Below are positions 1 to 8,374 of a DNA stretch of 64,000 bases, in pieces; position 1 is the stretch's first letter, and each line of letters starts with the position of its first letter. The translations under genes and the position numbers were made by a program. The stretch is from NCBI GenBank assembly GCA_963742535.1, contig CAVUMC010000002.1, positions 1,683,146 to 1,747,145 of the forward strand, in the 5' to 3' direction. The notes under the pieces were generated by a model that did not search any database, was not told the origin of the DNA, and saw only the letters and a list, made by a program, of their open reading frames with translations. Origin of the DNA: an uncultured Solirubrobacterales bacterium (GTDB taxonomy: Bacteria > Actinomycetota > Thermoleophilia > Solirubrobacterales > 70-9).

Positions 1-36
1 AGCAGGTCGTCTTCCCACTCGTAGATCTCGCGGACC

Positions 37-1497
37 TTGCCTGAGGAATGGAGCTTGAGATCGGCGACTGGAGTCATGGCGCCGATGCTAGCGATGAGCG
101 CGGCGCGGTTGACCGGAGGCCCATCACACTGGCTGGCCAGCCAGTGTGCGATCCTTCCCGGCGTGAGCCTGCCGCCGGAACCGAAGCACTCGCCGCTGAT
201 GCAGACGCTGCGCTGGAGCTTCCGCCCGCTGCCCTTCATGCAGGAATGCCGCGAAAAGTACGGCGACAACTTCAGCGTCAAATTCCTCACCTTCGAGCGG
301 CCGATGGTGATGATCTCTGACCCGGACGCGATCAAAGCTCTCTACAGGGAGCGCTCGCACGGGCTGCCGCCGGGACGCGACATCATCCTCACCCCGATCG
401 TCGGTCCCCGCTCGCTGCTGGTCACCGAGGGCGCCGACCACCTCGCCCATCGCAAGCTGATGCTGCCGCCCTTCCACGGCAAGCGCATGCGTTCCTACCA
501 GCCGCTGGTCGAAGAGATCGTCGACCGCGAGATCGACTCTTGGCCGCTCGGCGAAGAGTTCCCGATCCACCCGCGTATGCAGACGATCACGCTCGAGGTG
601 ATCCTCAAGGTCGTCTTCGGCGTCGCCGACGGCCCCCGCTTCGAGCGCCTGCGCGAGGTGCTCACCCGGGTGCTGGAGGAGACCGCCTCGCCCACGGCCC
701 AGCTCACCGGGCTCGCCTCTCGTCGCTTCGGCGGCCGCGGTCCCTGGGCCAAGTTCGAAAAGCAGTTGAACCAGGCTGACGAGTTGCTCTACGCCGAGAT
801 CGCCGAGCATCGCGCCAGCGGCGCCTACGAGGAGCGCGACGACATCCTCTCGTTGATGATGCAGGCGCGCTTCGAGGACGGTTCGGAGATGAGCGACTCC
901 GACCTGCGCGACCAGTTGATGACCTTGCTGCTGGCCGGCCACGAGACCACCGCCACCGCGTTGGCCTGGACCTTCGACCTGCTGCTGCGTCACCGCCAGT
1001 CACTCGATCGCTTGCGCGAAGAGCTCGAGGCTGGGGAGGAGGACGACTACCTGCGGGCCGTGATCAGCGAGTCGCTGCGCCTGCGCCCTGTCGTGCCGCT
1101 CGCCGGCCGCCGCCTCAGCGTCGACCTCGAGACCGAGAACCTGCAGCTTCCCGCCGGCACCGACGTGACCCCGGCGATCTGGCTCACCCACACCCGCGCC
1201 GACGTCTATCCCGAGCCCTTCGCTTTCCGCCCCGAGCGCTTCCTCGAGGACGGCCCCGACACCTACGCCTGGATCCCCTTTGGCGGTGGTATCCGCCGCT
1301 GCATCGGCGCCGCCTTCGCCGAGTTCGAGCTGCGGATTGTGCTGCGCGAGGTGCTGACCCGCTGCGAGCTGCATAAGGCCAGCCCGATGCCGGAGAAGAT
1401 CGGCCGCCGCAATATCACCCTCTCGCCGCGCGCCGGCACCCCAGTCGTGCTTAACGCCCGTCACCCGGCGCGCGAGCGCGAGCTGGTCGCGGTTTAA
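37..1497 (+). CDS. cytochrome P450
   Basis: I-helix AGHETT, ExxR (ESLR) and the haem-thiolate loop FGGGIRRCIGAAFA near the C-terminus. The true start is probably one of the Met codons at 76/85/94 rather than 37. Confidence 0.9.
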   Translation: MPEEWSLRSATGVMAPMLAMSAARLTGGPSHWLASQCAILPGVSLPPEPKHSPLMQTLRWSFRPLPFMQECREKYGDNFSVKFLTFERPMVMISDPDAIKALYRERSHGLPPGRDIILTPIVGPRSLLVTEGADHLAHRKLMLPPFHGKRMRSYQPLVEEIVDREIDSWPLGEEFPIHPRMQTITLEVILKVVFGVADGPRFERLREVLTRVLEETASPTAQLTGLASRRFGGRGPWAKFEKQLNQADELLYAEIAEHRASGAYEERDDILSLMMQARFEDGSEMSDSDLRDQLMTLLLAGHETTATALAWTFDLLLRHRQSLDRLREELEAGEEDDYLRAVISESLRLRPVVPLAGRRLSVDLETENLQLPAGTDVTPAIWLTHTRADVYPEPFAFRPERFLEDGPDTYAWIPFGGGIRRCIGAAFAEFELRIVLREVLTRCELHKASPMPEKIGRRNITLSPRAGTPVVLNARHPARERELVAV

Positions 1498-1537
1498 CCC
1501 GGTTGGCGGCTCGGCTCGCCGCCCTTACGATTGAGGC

Positions 1538-2428
1538 ATGGCCAACGAGGGCGATCGCCCGGATCGGCTGACGCTTTGGCAGCGCTCGACCCTGCGCAAG
1601 ATGCGCAAAGCGTCTCGCAAGCGGGAGGGCGAGCCGCTCACTTCTGAGGACTGGGAGACCTATTACCGGCTGATGTCGGGCCGCTCCGGTCGTCTCTGGA
1701 TGGGCCTGCTCAGGTCGCTCCCGTCGAGCCCCCGCTGCGGAATCTGCGGCGCGCCCTTCGCCGGCCTCGGCAGCCGCCTGGTCAAGCCCCTCGGCTATCG
1801 CCCCTCGCGTAAGAACCCGACCTTCTGCGATACCTGCATCGAGGCTTCGCCGCCGGGTGGGATGACGACCGAGGTCGGCGTCCTCTTCGCTGACCTGCGC
1901 GGCTTCACCAGGCTCTCAGAGCAATCCGATCCCGAGACAGTGAGCGCCCTGCTGCGCCGCTTTTATGCCTCCGCGGAGCGAGTCCTCTTCCCGGAAGCGA
2001 TCATCGACAAGCTGATTGGCGACGAGGTGATGGCGCTCTACCTGCCGATGTTCGGCAAGCTCGGAGACCCGGCGGCGACGATGCTGAGGCAGTCGCGCGA
2101 GCTGCTTGCCCAAGTCGGCTACGGCAGCGAGGAGGGACCCTTCGTCGAGGTCGGGATCGGCCTTGATTACGGCGAGGCCTTTGTCGGGAACGTCGGCGAG
2201 CGCTCGCTCTACGACTTCACCGCGATCGGCGACGTCGTCAACGTCGCGTCTCGTCTGCAGGGTGAGGCAAAGGGCGGTGAGATCGTCGCCTCCGGGCGGC
2301 TGATCGAGCGGCTGACGATACCGGTGGGGAAACGGGTGGAGGTCAGCCTCAAGGGCAAGGCGGAGCCGGTGACCGCCTATCGCGTAGCGACTGACGCCCG
2401 AACTGCGGCTGCTTCAGCGCTCGGCTAG
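1538..2428 (+). CDS. class III adenylate/guanylate cyclase with N-terminal CxxC...CxxC zinc-ribbon-like segment
   Basis: The cyclase core has GVLFADLRGFT, IGDEVMALY, GIGLDYGEAFVGNVG and FTAIGDVVNVASRLQ. The upstream segment reads CGICG-x21-CDTC. Confidence 0.85.
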   Translation: MANEGDRPDRLTLWQRSTLRKMRKASRKREGEPLTSEDWETYYRLMSGRSGRLWMGLLRSLPSSPRCGICGAPFAGLGSRLVKPLGYRPSRKNPTFCDTCIEASPPGGMTTEVGVLFADLRGFTRLSEQSDPETVSALLRRFYASAERVLFPEAIIDKLIGDEVMALYLPMFGKLGDPAATMLRQSRELLAQVGYGSEEGPFVEVGIGLDYGEAFVGNVGERSLYDFTAIGDVVNVASRLQGEAKGGEIVASGRLIERLTIPVGKRVEVSLKGKAEPVTAYRVATDARTAAASALG

Positions 2429-2727
2429 CTCTTCGGTGCTTCGCGGGCGGCGGGGTGCTCCTGCGCCCAGCGCGCGATCGTGCTCGAGCCGGAGATCACT
2501 TCACCGTCGTCGAGGACGAGGATCGGCACCTCGTTGGTGCCACTCAGTTCCCGCACCTCGGTGCGATCCTCGTCGCGGCTGCCCCAGGTCCAGGGCATCA
2601 GCCGGTAGCCGCCCATCACCTTCAGCTCGTAGTTGTAGCCGGCCGCGTCAAGCGCCTTGCCCGCCTTTGCGCATGGATGAAGAGACGCCGGCCCGCTTGT
2701 CTTCTGTCCGCAGGTGTAGAGGAGCAC
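2425..2727 (-). CDS. glutaredoxin/GST-N-like thioredoxin-fold protein
   Basis: The C-terminal 100 aa of the 217-aa ORF read (V)LLYTCGQ..HPCAKAGKALDAAGYNYE..EVPILVLDDGEVISGSSTI. GTG at 2727 is the first plausible start that does not overlap the upstream amine oxidase gene. Confidence 0.7.
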   Translation of the reverse strand: MLLYTCGQKTSGPASLHPCAKAGKALDAAGYNYELKVMGGYRLMPWTWGSRDEDRTEVRELSGTNEVPILVLDDGEVISGSSTIARWAQEHPAAREAPKS

Positions 2728-2762
2728 GGCGGCAACCCTAGCGCCTGCGCGCTTACCTCGGT

Positions 2763-4208
2763 CTAGCTCGGCAACGCCGCCAGCACCTCGACGGCCGCTC
2801 GTTCGCCCGACTGGACGGCGCCGTCCATGTAGCCGTTCCAGACGGTGGCGGTCTCGGCGCCGGCCCAGTGAATCGGGCCGATCGGCTCGCGCAGGGCGCG
2901 GCCGTATTCGGTCCAGCCGCCGGTCGTCATCAGGCAGCCGTAGCAGCCGCGGGTCCACTCCTCCTCGGCCCAGACGCGCTCGATGAAGCGCTCGGGACGG
3001 GCGGCCTGCTCGCCGAAGAGGCGCGCGTGACCGGCGAGGATCGCCTCGCGCCGCTCCGCCGCGTCGCGGGCGCCCCATTGACGCGCGAGCCGCCCCTCTA
3101 GGAAGCCGAGCAGCACGCCGGGACTGCCATCGGGCGGCGAGTTGTCGAAGACGACGCGAGCCGGCCCGCCGTCGCTGGCCGCCTGTCCCGAGAGTCCCTG
3201 CTCGCGCCAGAAAGGCCGCTCATAGATCGCCATCGTCTTGATCACCGTGCCCTGCGGCATGCGCTGGGTCAGCTGGTCGCGCCGCGCCGGCAGCGGCGGG
3301 TCGTAGGCGATGCGGCCGGCGAGGGTGGGCGGAACCGCGACGATCACCCGGCGCGCGTTGACCACTAGTCCGCCGGGCTCACCTCCGAGGCCATCGGCGT
3401 GGAGAACGACCCCGTCCGCGCGATGATCGATTCGTCGCACCGGCGCCGCCAGGCGTACCTGGTTCGCTCCGAGTTGCTCCGCCATCAGCAGCGCGAGCCG
3501 CTGCGAGCCGCCGTGGAAACGGTCCTGCTGAGCGCCACCGTCGGTGCCGAGCAAGCTGTTGAAGCCGCTGCCGGAGTGGGTGTAGAAGAGGACGTGAAGG
3601 AGCGAAACGTCGCTCGGCTCGGCCGCCCAAACCGCCTCGGTCGCCAGCTCGAAGAGGCTGCGCGCCGCCGCGGTCTTGGTGTTGCGCCCAATCCAGGTGG
3701 CGAAGGTCTGGCCATCCCAGTCGACTGCTTTCGGCGCCAGCCACGGCTGCTCCAGGGGCACGCTGCGGGCCATCCGGTCGAGCCGGCCGCGCGCTTGTTC
3801 GAAGTCGGCGAGGGCGAGCGGCGAGATCGCCCGCGAGAGGTCGCGGACGAGGCCGACGCTGGCGGCGGTGATCGGTCCGGCGTAGGAGGTCAGCTTGCCG
3901 GCGATTTCGATCAGGTGGCGCCCCTCGTCGTGGGTAGGGAAAGTAGTGACGCCGAGCTCGTCGGCGAGCGCTGCAATCCGTTCCTGGGTCGGCCCAATCC
4001 ACTGGCCGCCGACCTCGACCACCTTGCCATCGCCGATCTCCTCATTGAGCAGTCGACCACCGACGCGGTCGCGTGCCTCGAGCACGATCGGCCGCTTGCC
4101 GGCGGCGGCGACTCGCCGGGCGGCGACGAGACCGGCAAGCCCCGCACCGACGATCGCGACGTCAGCTTCGACCGATTCGCCAGCAGCTCGTTGTCCGGAG
4201 CCCTCCAT
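2763..4208 (-). CDS. FAD-dependent (flavin) amine oxidase
   Basis: N-terminal dinucleotide fold DVAIVGAGLAGLVAARR..VLEARDRVGGR. Length and C-terminal GAETATVWNGYMDGAVQSG are typical of monoamine-oxidase-like flavoenzymes. Confidence 0.85.
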   Translation of the reverse strand: MEGSGQRAAGESVEADVAIVGAGLAGLVAARRVAAAGKRPIVLEARDRVGGRLLNEEIGDGKVVEVGGQWIGPTQERIAALADELGVTTFPTHDEGRHLIEIAGKLTSYAGPITAASVGLVRDLSRAISPLALADFEQARGRLDRMARSVPLEQPWLAPKAVDWDGQTFATWIGRNTKTAAARSLFELATEAVWAAEPSDVSLLHVLFYTHSGSGFNSLLGTDGGAQQDRFHGGSQRLALLMAEQLGANQVRLAAPVRRIDHRADGVVLHADGLGGEPGGLVVNARRVIVAVPPTLAGRIAYDPPLPARRDQLTQRMPQGTVIKTMAIYERPFWREQGLSGQAASDGGPARVVFDNSPPDGSPGVLLGFLEGRLARQWGARDAAERREAILAGHARLFGEQAARPERFIERVWAEEEWTRGCYGCLMTTGGWTEYGRALREPIGPIHWAGAETATVWNGYMDGAVQSGERAAVEVLAALPS

Positions 4209-4272
4209 CGGAACGAGACTAGCTCTGCCGCCAAAATGAGCCCGCGGAATCAGGTGCTACGATCGTCGCACT

Positions 4273-4530
4273 ATCGTAGAAGTAGCGACAAGAGACCTGC
4301 GAAACAAAACCGCCGACCTGCTCAAGCGCGTCGAGGCAGGGGAGAGCATGGTGATCACCGTGCGCGGAAAGCCGGTCGCCGATCTAGTACCTCACAAGAG
4401 CGAGCCTCGCTGGCTCACACCCTCGGACGTTCTTGCGATTCGCGAGGTAGCTGATCGCGATCCCACGTTTGGGCCCGATCTGCGTCGGCTGCGCGAAGAA
4501 ACGACTGAAGACTTGGGTCCGATCTGGTGA
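4273..4530 (+). CDS. Phd/YefM-type antitoxin (partner of VapC)
   Basis: In-frame translation upstream of the tracked 60-aa ORF gives ..VEVATRDLRNKTADLLKRVEAGESMVITVRGKPVADLVP, the canonical antitoxin N-terminus. No ATG/GTG/TTG exists upstream in frame (frame opens at 4240), so the 4273 ATC start is a guess. The stop overlaps the vapC GTG. Confidence 0.75.
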   Translation: MVEVATRDLRNKTADLLKRVEAGESMVITVRGKPVADLVPHKSEPRWLTPSDVLAIREVADRDPTFGPDLRRLREETTEDLGPIW

Positions 4531-4937
4531 CCTCCGAGCGTCCCGCGGTCGGCCTGATCGACACATCCGTTCTGGTCGCTGCCGAGAAGGGACGCCGATT
4601 GCGAGAGGAGGCGCTTCCGGAGCGTTCCGCTGTTTCGATCGTCACCGTTGCCGAGCTACGCGCCGGTGTGTTGGCGGCGCCAGATATCGAAAGCCGGGAT
4701 CGACGTATGACGACCCTCGAAGGGGTCGCAGGGGTGACGATCTTTCCGGTCGAAGCAAGGACTGCCCGCGCCTGGGCGGCGATGCGTGCATATCTCGTGG
4801 CAGCCGAGCGGCGAGTCGGTGCGAATGATCTATGGATAGCCGCGACGGCCGCAGCGCATGGAATGCCGATCATCACTCAAGACTGCGACTTCGATGCCCT
4901 CTCTGGCGTTGAAGGCCTGACCGTGATCCCGGTCTAG
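4527..4937 (+). CDS. vapC: PIN-domain ribonuclease toxin VapC
   Basis: GLIDTSVLV (first acidic residue), ANDLWIAATAAAHGMPIITQDCDF. The GTG start overlaps the antitoxin stop (GTGA). Confidence 0.9.
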   Translation: MTSERPAVGLIDTSVLVAAEKGRRLREEALPERSAVSIVTVAELRAGVLAAPDIESRDRRMTTLEGVAGVTIFPVEARTARAWAAMRAYLVAAERRVGANDLWIAATAAAHGMPIITQDCDFDALSGVEGLTVIPV

Positions 4938-4953
4938 CCGGGACTCGCCGCTC

Positions 4954-6240
4954 TCAGCCGCGCAGCGCTTCCAGCCGCTCGAAGATCTCGGGCAGGTGGG
5001 TGAGGTAGGCGCCGTAGTCGAAGACGGCATCGAGGTCGAGCTGCGGGGCCGCCTCGCCCAGCAGGTCGCGGAACTCGGTGCCGGTGTCCCAGGCGCGCTG
5101 GGCGTTCTCCTGGACGATCCGGTAGGCCTCGTCGCGGGTGAGGCCGGACTCGACCAGGGCGGTGAGGGCGCGCTGGCTGAAGAGGGCCCCGTGGGTGATG
5201 TTCAAGTTCTCGCGCATGCGGTCCTCGCGCACGACCATTCCACCGGCGACCTTGGTCGCCAGGTCCTGCATGTAGTCGAGGCCGATCGTCGCGTCGGGGA
5301 GGATCACTCGCTCGGCTCCGGAGTGGGAGATGTCGCGCTCGTGCCAGAGGGCGACGTTCTCCAGGCCTGCCTGGGCGTAGCCACGCAGGACCCGGGCCAG
5401 GCCGGTGATTCGCTCGGTGCGGATCGGGTTGCGCTTGTGCGGCATCGCCGAGGAGCCCTTCTGCTGCCCCGAGGCGAAGGGCTCTTCGACCTCGCGCACC
5501 TCCGTCTTCTGCAGGTTGCGCACCTCGGTGGCGAAGCGCTCCAGGCCGGCGCCGGCGACGGCAATCGCTGAGGTGAGCACCGCGTGGCGATCGCGGGGGA
5601 TGACCTGTGTCGCCACGTCCTCACGCTGCAGTCCCAGCCGCTCCATCACCCGCGCCTCGACCGCAGGCGGTACCGAGGCGTAGGTGCCGACCGCGCCGGA
5701 GAGCTTGCCGAAGGCGAGCTGCGCGAAGGCGTCTTCGAGCCGCACCAGGTTGCGGTCGGCCTCGAAGGCGAAGCCGGCGAGGCGCAGGCCGAAGGTCGTC
5801 GGCTCGGCGTGGACGCCGTGGGTGCGGCCGACGCAGAGCGTGTCGCGGTGCGCCAGGGCCTGCTCGACCAGGGCGTCGCGGTAAGCACGAGCGCTCGCCA
5901 GCACTACCGCGCCGGCCTCGCGCAGCTGCAGCGCCAGGGCCGTGTCGAGCACGTCGGAGGAGGTCAGCCCGTAGTGAATCCAGCGGCCGTGCTCCCCAAC
6001 CGAGGCGGCGACAACGTCGACGAAGGCGGCAACGTCGTGGTCGGTCACCTTCTCGCGCTCGTTGACTGCCTCGACCGTGAATGCCGCGTTGGCCCTCGCT
6101 GCCTCCGCTGCCTCGCGCGGCACGGCACCCTCCTCAGCCCAGGCCTCCGTCGCCGCCAGCTCGACCTCGAGCCAGCACTCGAACTTGCGCTGCGGCGCCC
6201 AGACGGCGCCGATCTCGGGACGTGTGTACCTGGGGATCAC
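4954..6240 (-). CDS. purB: adenylosuccinate lyase
   Basis: 428 aa with the fumarate-lyase signature GSSAMPHKRNP and a typical PurB N-terminus MIPRYTRPEI. Confidence 0.95.
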   Translation of the reverse strand: MIPRYTRPEIGAVWAPQRKFECWLEVELAATEAWAEEGAVPREAAEAARANAAFTVEAVNEREKVTDHDVAAFVDVVAASVGEHGRWIHYGLTSSDVLDTALALQLREAGAVVLASARAYRDALVEQALAHRDTLCVGRTHGVHAEPTTFGLRLAGFAFEADRNLVRLEDAFAQLAFGKLSGAVGTYASVPPAVEARVMERLGLQREDVATQVIPRDRHAVLTSAIAVAGAGLERFATEVRNLQKTEVREVEEPFASGQQKGSSAMPHKRNPIRTERITGLARVLRGYAQAGLENVALWHERDISHSGAERVILPDATIGLDYMQDLATKVAGGMVVREDRMRENLNITHGALFSQRALTALVESGLTRDEAYRIVQENAQRAWDTGTEFRDLLGEAAPQLDLDAVFDYGAYLTHLPEIFERLEALRG

Positions 6241-6749
6241 GCGTTGATGATGCGCGCCGCGAGGATGCCGGCGTTTTTCGCCCCGTCGATCGCGACGCAG
6301 GCAACCGGGATCCCGGGCGGCATCTGCACGGCGGAGAGCAGCGCGTCGAGGCCGCCCAGGCTTTTGCCCAGGATCGGCACGCCGACCACCGGCAGGTCAC
6401 TGTGCGCGGCGGCGACGCCGGGCAGTGCCGCCGACATGCCGGCGCCGGCGATGATCACCTTCAGCCCACGCATGCGGGCGTTGGTGCAGTACTCGCGCAC
6501 CAGCTCGGGATCGCGGTGGGCGCTCATAACTCGCACCTCGTAACGGATGTCAGCTTCCTGCAGTGCCTTGCCGGCCGGCTGCATCTTCGGCTTGTCGTTT
6601 TTCGAGCCCATGATGATCCCGACCAGCGGCTCGTCGACGTCGATTTCCTCGAAGGCCTCCTCGACTGCCGGCATTGCCAGCGCCTCGCCGACCTGCGGCT
6701 CATTCCCTTCGCCTCCGGTGGGCTGGGGCTCCTCTGAAATCTCGCTCAT
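6237..6749 (-). CDS. purE: N5-carboxyaminoimidazole ribonucleotide mutase
   Basis: GIIMGSKNDKPKM..VRVMSAHRDPE..VIIAGAGMSAALPGVAAAHSDLPVVGVPI. I chose Met at 6749 so the gene does not run into purD. The 4-nt overlap with purB suggests coupling. Confidence 0.9.
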   Translation of the reverse strand: MSEISEEPQPTGGEGNEPQVGEALAMPAVEEAFEEIDVDEPLVGIIMGSKNDKPKMQPAGKALQEADIRYEVRVMSAHRDPELVREYCTNARMRGLKVIIAGAGMSAALPGVAAAHSDLPVVGVPILGKSLGGLDALLSAVQMPPGIPVACVAIDGAKNAGILAARIINA

Positions 6750-6771
6750 CTGATCCTCTCGTGTGACTGGT

Positions 6772-8046
6772 CTAAGTGGTGACGCGCTCAACCGCGCGGG
6801 CGGCGATGTCGGACCGCATCTGCATTCCCTCGAACTTGATCCGGCCCGCGGCATCGTACGCACGATCGCGCGCCTCGGCCGGCGTCGCCCCGAGGGCAGT
6901 GATGTTCAGTACCCGCCCGCCGGCAGTGACGATCTCGCCCTCGCTCTCGGCGGTGCCGGCGTGGGTGATCTCCGCCAGCTCGGCAGCGGCTGCGAGGCCG
7001 GTGATCGCGTCTCCCTTCGAGGAGGAGGCCGGGTAGCCGGCGGAGGCCAGGACCAGCGTCACCGCCCAGTCCCCGGCGAACTCAGCCTCCGCGCCCGCCA
7101 GTCCACCCGGCTCGCGAGCGGCGAGGCAAAGGTCAATCAGATCGGAGCGCAGGCGCGGCAGCACCGCCTGCGTCTCGGGATCGCCGAAACGCGTGTTGAA
7201 CTCGAGCACCTTGGGACCGTCGGCGGTGATCATCAGGCCGGCGTAAAGGACGCCGTGGAAGGGCCGGCCGCGGCGGGCCATTGCGGCGACGATCGGCCGG
7301 TGCACGGCGTCGACGATCTCCTCGACCTCCTCCGGGCCGAAGCCGGGCACGGGCGAGTAGCTGCCCATGCCGCCCGTGTTCGGCCCCTCGTCGCCATCGA
7401 AGATCCGCTTGTAGTCCTGCGCCGGCGCCAGCGGCACCACGTTCTCGCCGTCGCACAGCGCCAACAGCGAGAGCTCCTCGCCCTCGAGGAACTCCTCCAG
7501 CACCACGGTCGTGTCGCCGAAGCGCTGCTCGGTGAAGAAGACGTCGATCGCTTCGCGCGCCTCGCCTTCAGAGGAGCAGATGATTACCCCCTTGCCTGCT
7601 GCCAGACCGTCGGCCTTGAGCACGAGTGGGTAGGTCGCCTTGGCGAGCTCGGCGAGCGCCTGCTCGCGGTCATGCAGCAGCAGGTGCGCGGCGGTCGGCA
7701 CGCCCGCCTCGCTCATCAGCTCCTTGGCGAACGCCTTCGACCCCTCCAGCTCGGCCGCTGCCGCGCTCGGCCCGAAGGCCGGCACCCCGGCATCCGCCAG
7801 CGCGTCGACGACGCCGGCGACCAGCGCCGCCTCGGGACCGACCACGACCAGGTCGACGCTGCGCTCGGTCGCCGTCGCGACGATCGCCTCGACGTCGTCG
7901 GCTGCGATCTCCGGCAGGCACTCGGCGTCCGCGGCGATCCCGGCATTTCCCGGCGCACAGAGCAGCTCCGGCGCGTGGGCAGAGCGCGCCAGCGCACGCA
8001 GAATCGCGTGCTCGCGCCCGCCCCCTCCGACGACGAGGATCTTCAA
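6772..8046 (-). CDS. purD: phosphoribosylamine-glycine ligase
   Basis: LKILVVGGGGREHAI N-terminus and ATP-grasp body. The TTG start at 8046 lies directly after the stop of the upstream GYD gene. Confidence 0.9.
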   Translation of the reverse strand: MKILVVGGGGREHAILRALARSAHAPELLCAPGNAGIAADAECLPEIAADDVEAIVATATERSVDLVVVGPEAALVAGVVDALADAGVPAFGPSAAAAELEGSKAFAKELMSEAGVPTAAHLLLHDREQALAELAKATYPLVLKADGLAAGKGVIICSSEGEAREAIDVFFTEQRFGDTTVVLEEFLEGEELSLLALCDGENVVPLAPAQDYKRIFDGDEGPNTGGMGSYSPVPGFGPEEVEEIVDAVHRPIVAAMARRGRPFHGVLYAGLMITADGPKVLEFNTRFGDPETQAVLPRLRSDLIDLCLAAREPGGLAGAEAEFAGDWAVTLVLASAGYPASSSKGDAITGLAAAAELAEITHAGTAESEGEIVTAGGRVLNITALGATPAEARDRAYDAAGRIKFEGMQMRSDIAARAVERVTT

Positions 8047-8047
8047 C

Positions 8048-8329
8048 TTAGAGCGAGCCGGACAGCTCGTCAGCCGACATCGCGGCAAGGGTCTGGCTGG
8101 TCATCGTGCCCCGCGAGCCGAGCTCCACCGAGACCTTCGCCATCGTCTTCTCGTCGGGGGCCTCGACCACGGTGACGAAGTCGTACTGGCCGAGCGTCGC
8201 GTACTGGGCCACGACCTTGGCGCCGATCTGCTCGACCTCTTTGTTCACCTCGGCGACCCGGCCGGGGTTGTTCTTCAGCGTCCGCACGCCCTCGGCGGTC
8301 AGGTTGGTCAGCATCACGTAAGTAGGCAT
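8048..8329 (-). CDS. GYD-domain protein
   Basis: 93 aa, MPTYVMLTNLTAEGVRTLKNNP...LGQYDFVTVVEAPD, which is the GYD family pattern. Confidence 0.8.
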   Translation of the reverse strand: MPTYVMLTNLTAEGVRTLKNNPGRVAEVNKEVEQIGAKVVAQYATLGQYDFVTVVEAPDEKTMAKVSVELGSRGTMTSQTLAAMSADELSGSL

Positions 8330-8374
8330 CGCGTCTCCTCTCGGACTGGGGATTCCGAGCCTACAACTACCCGC

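Noticed and set aside
124-993. 289-aa minus-strand ORF, with several others (495-752, 704-1003, 1000-1464), overlapping the P450 gene
   Set aside because: They are antisense to a gene with clear P450 motifs. Their sequences are low-complexity and Arg/Gly/Ala-rich, as expected from open frames in high-GC DNA.
2728-3078. N-terminal 117 codons of the 217-aa ORF containing the glutaredoxin-like protein
   Set aside because: This part is Arg-rich and overlaps the 3' end of the amine oxidase gene. The thioredoxin-fold part begins at GTG 2727.
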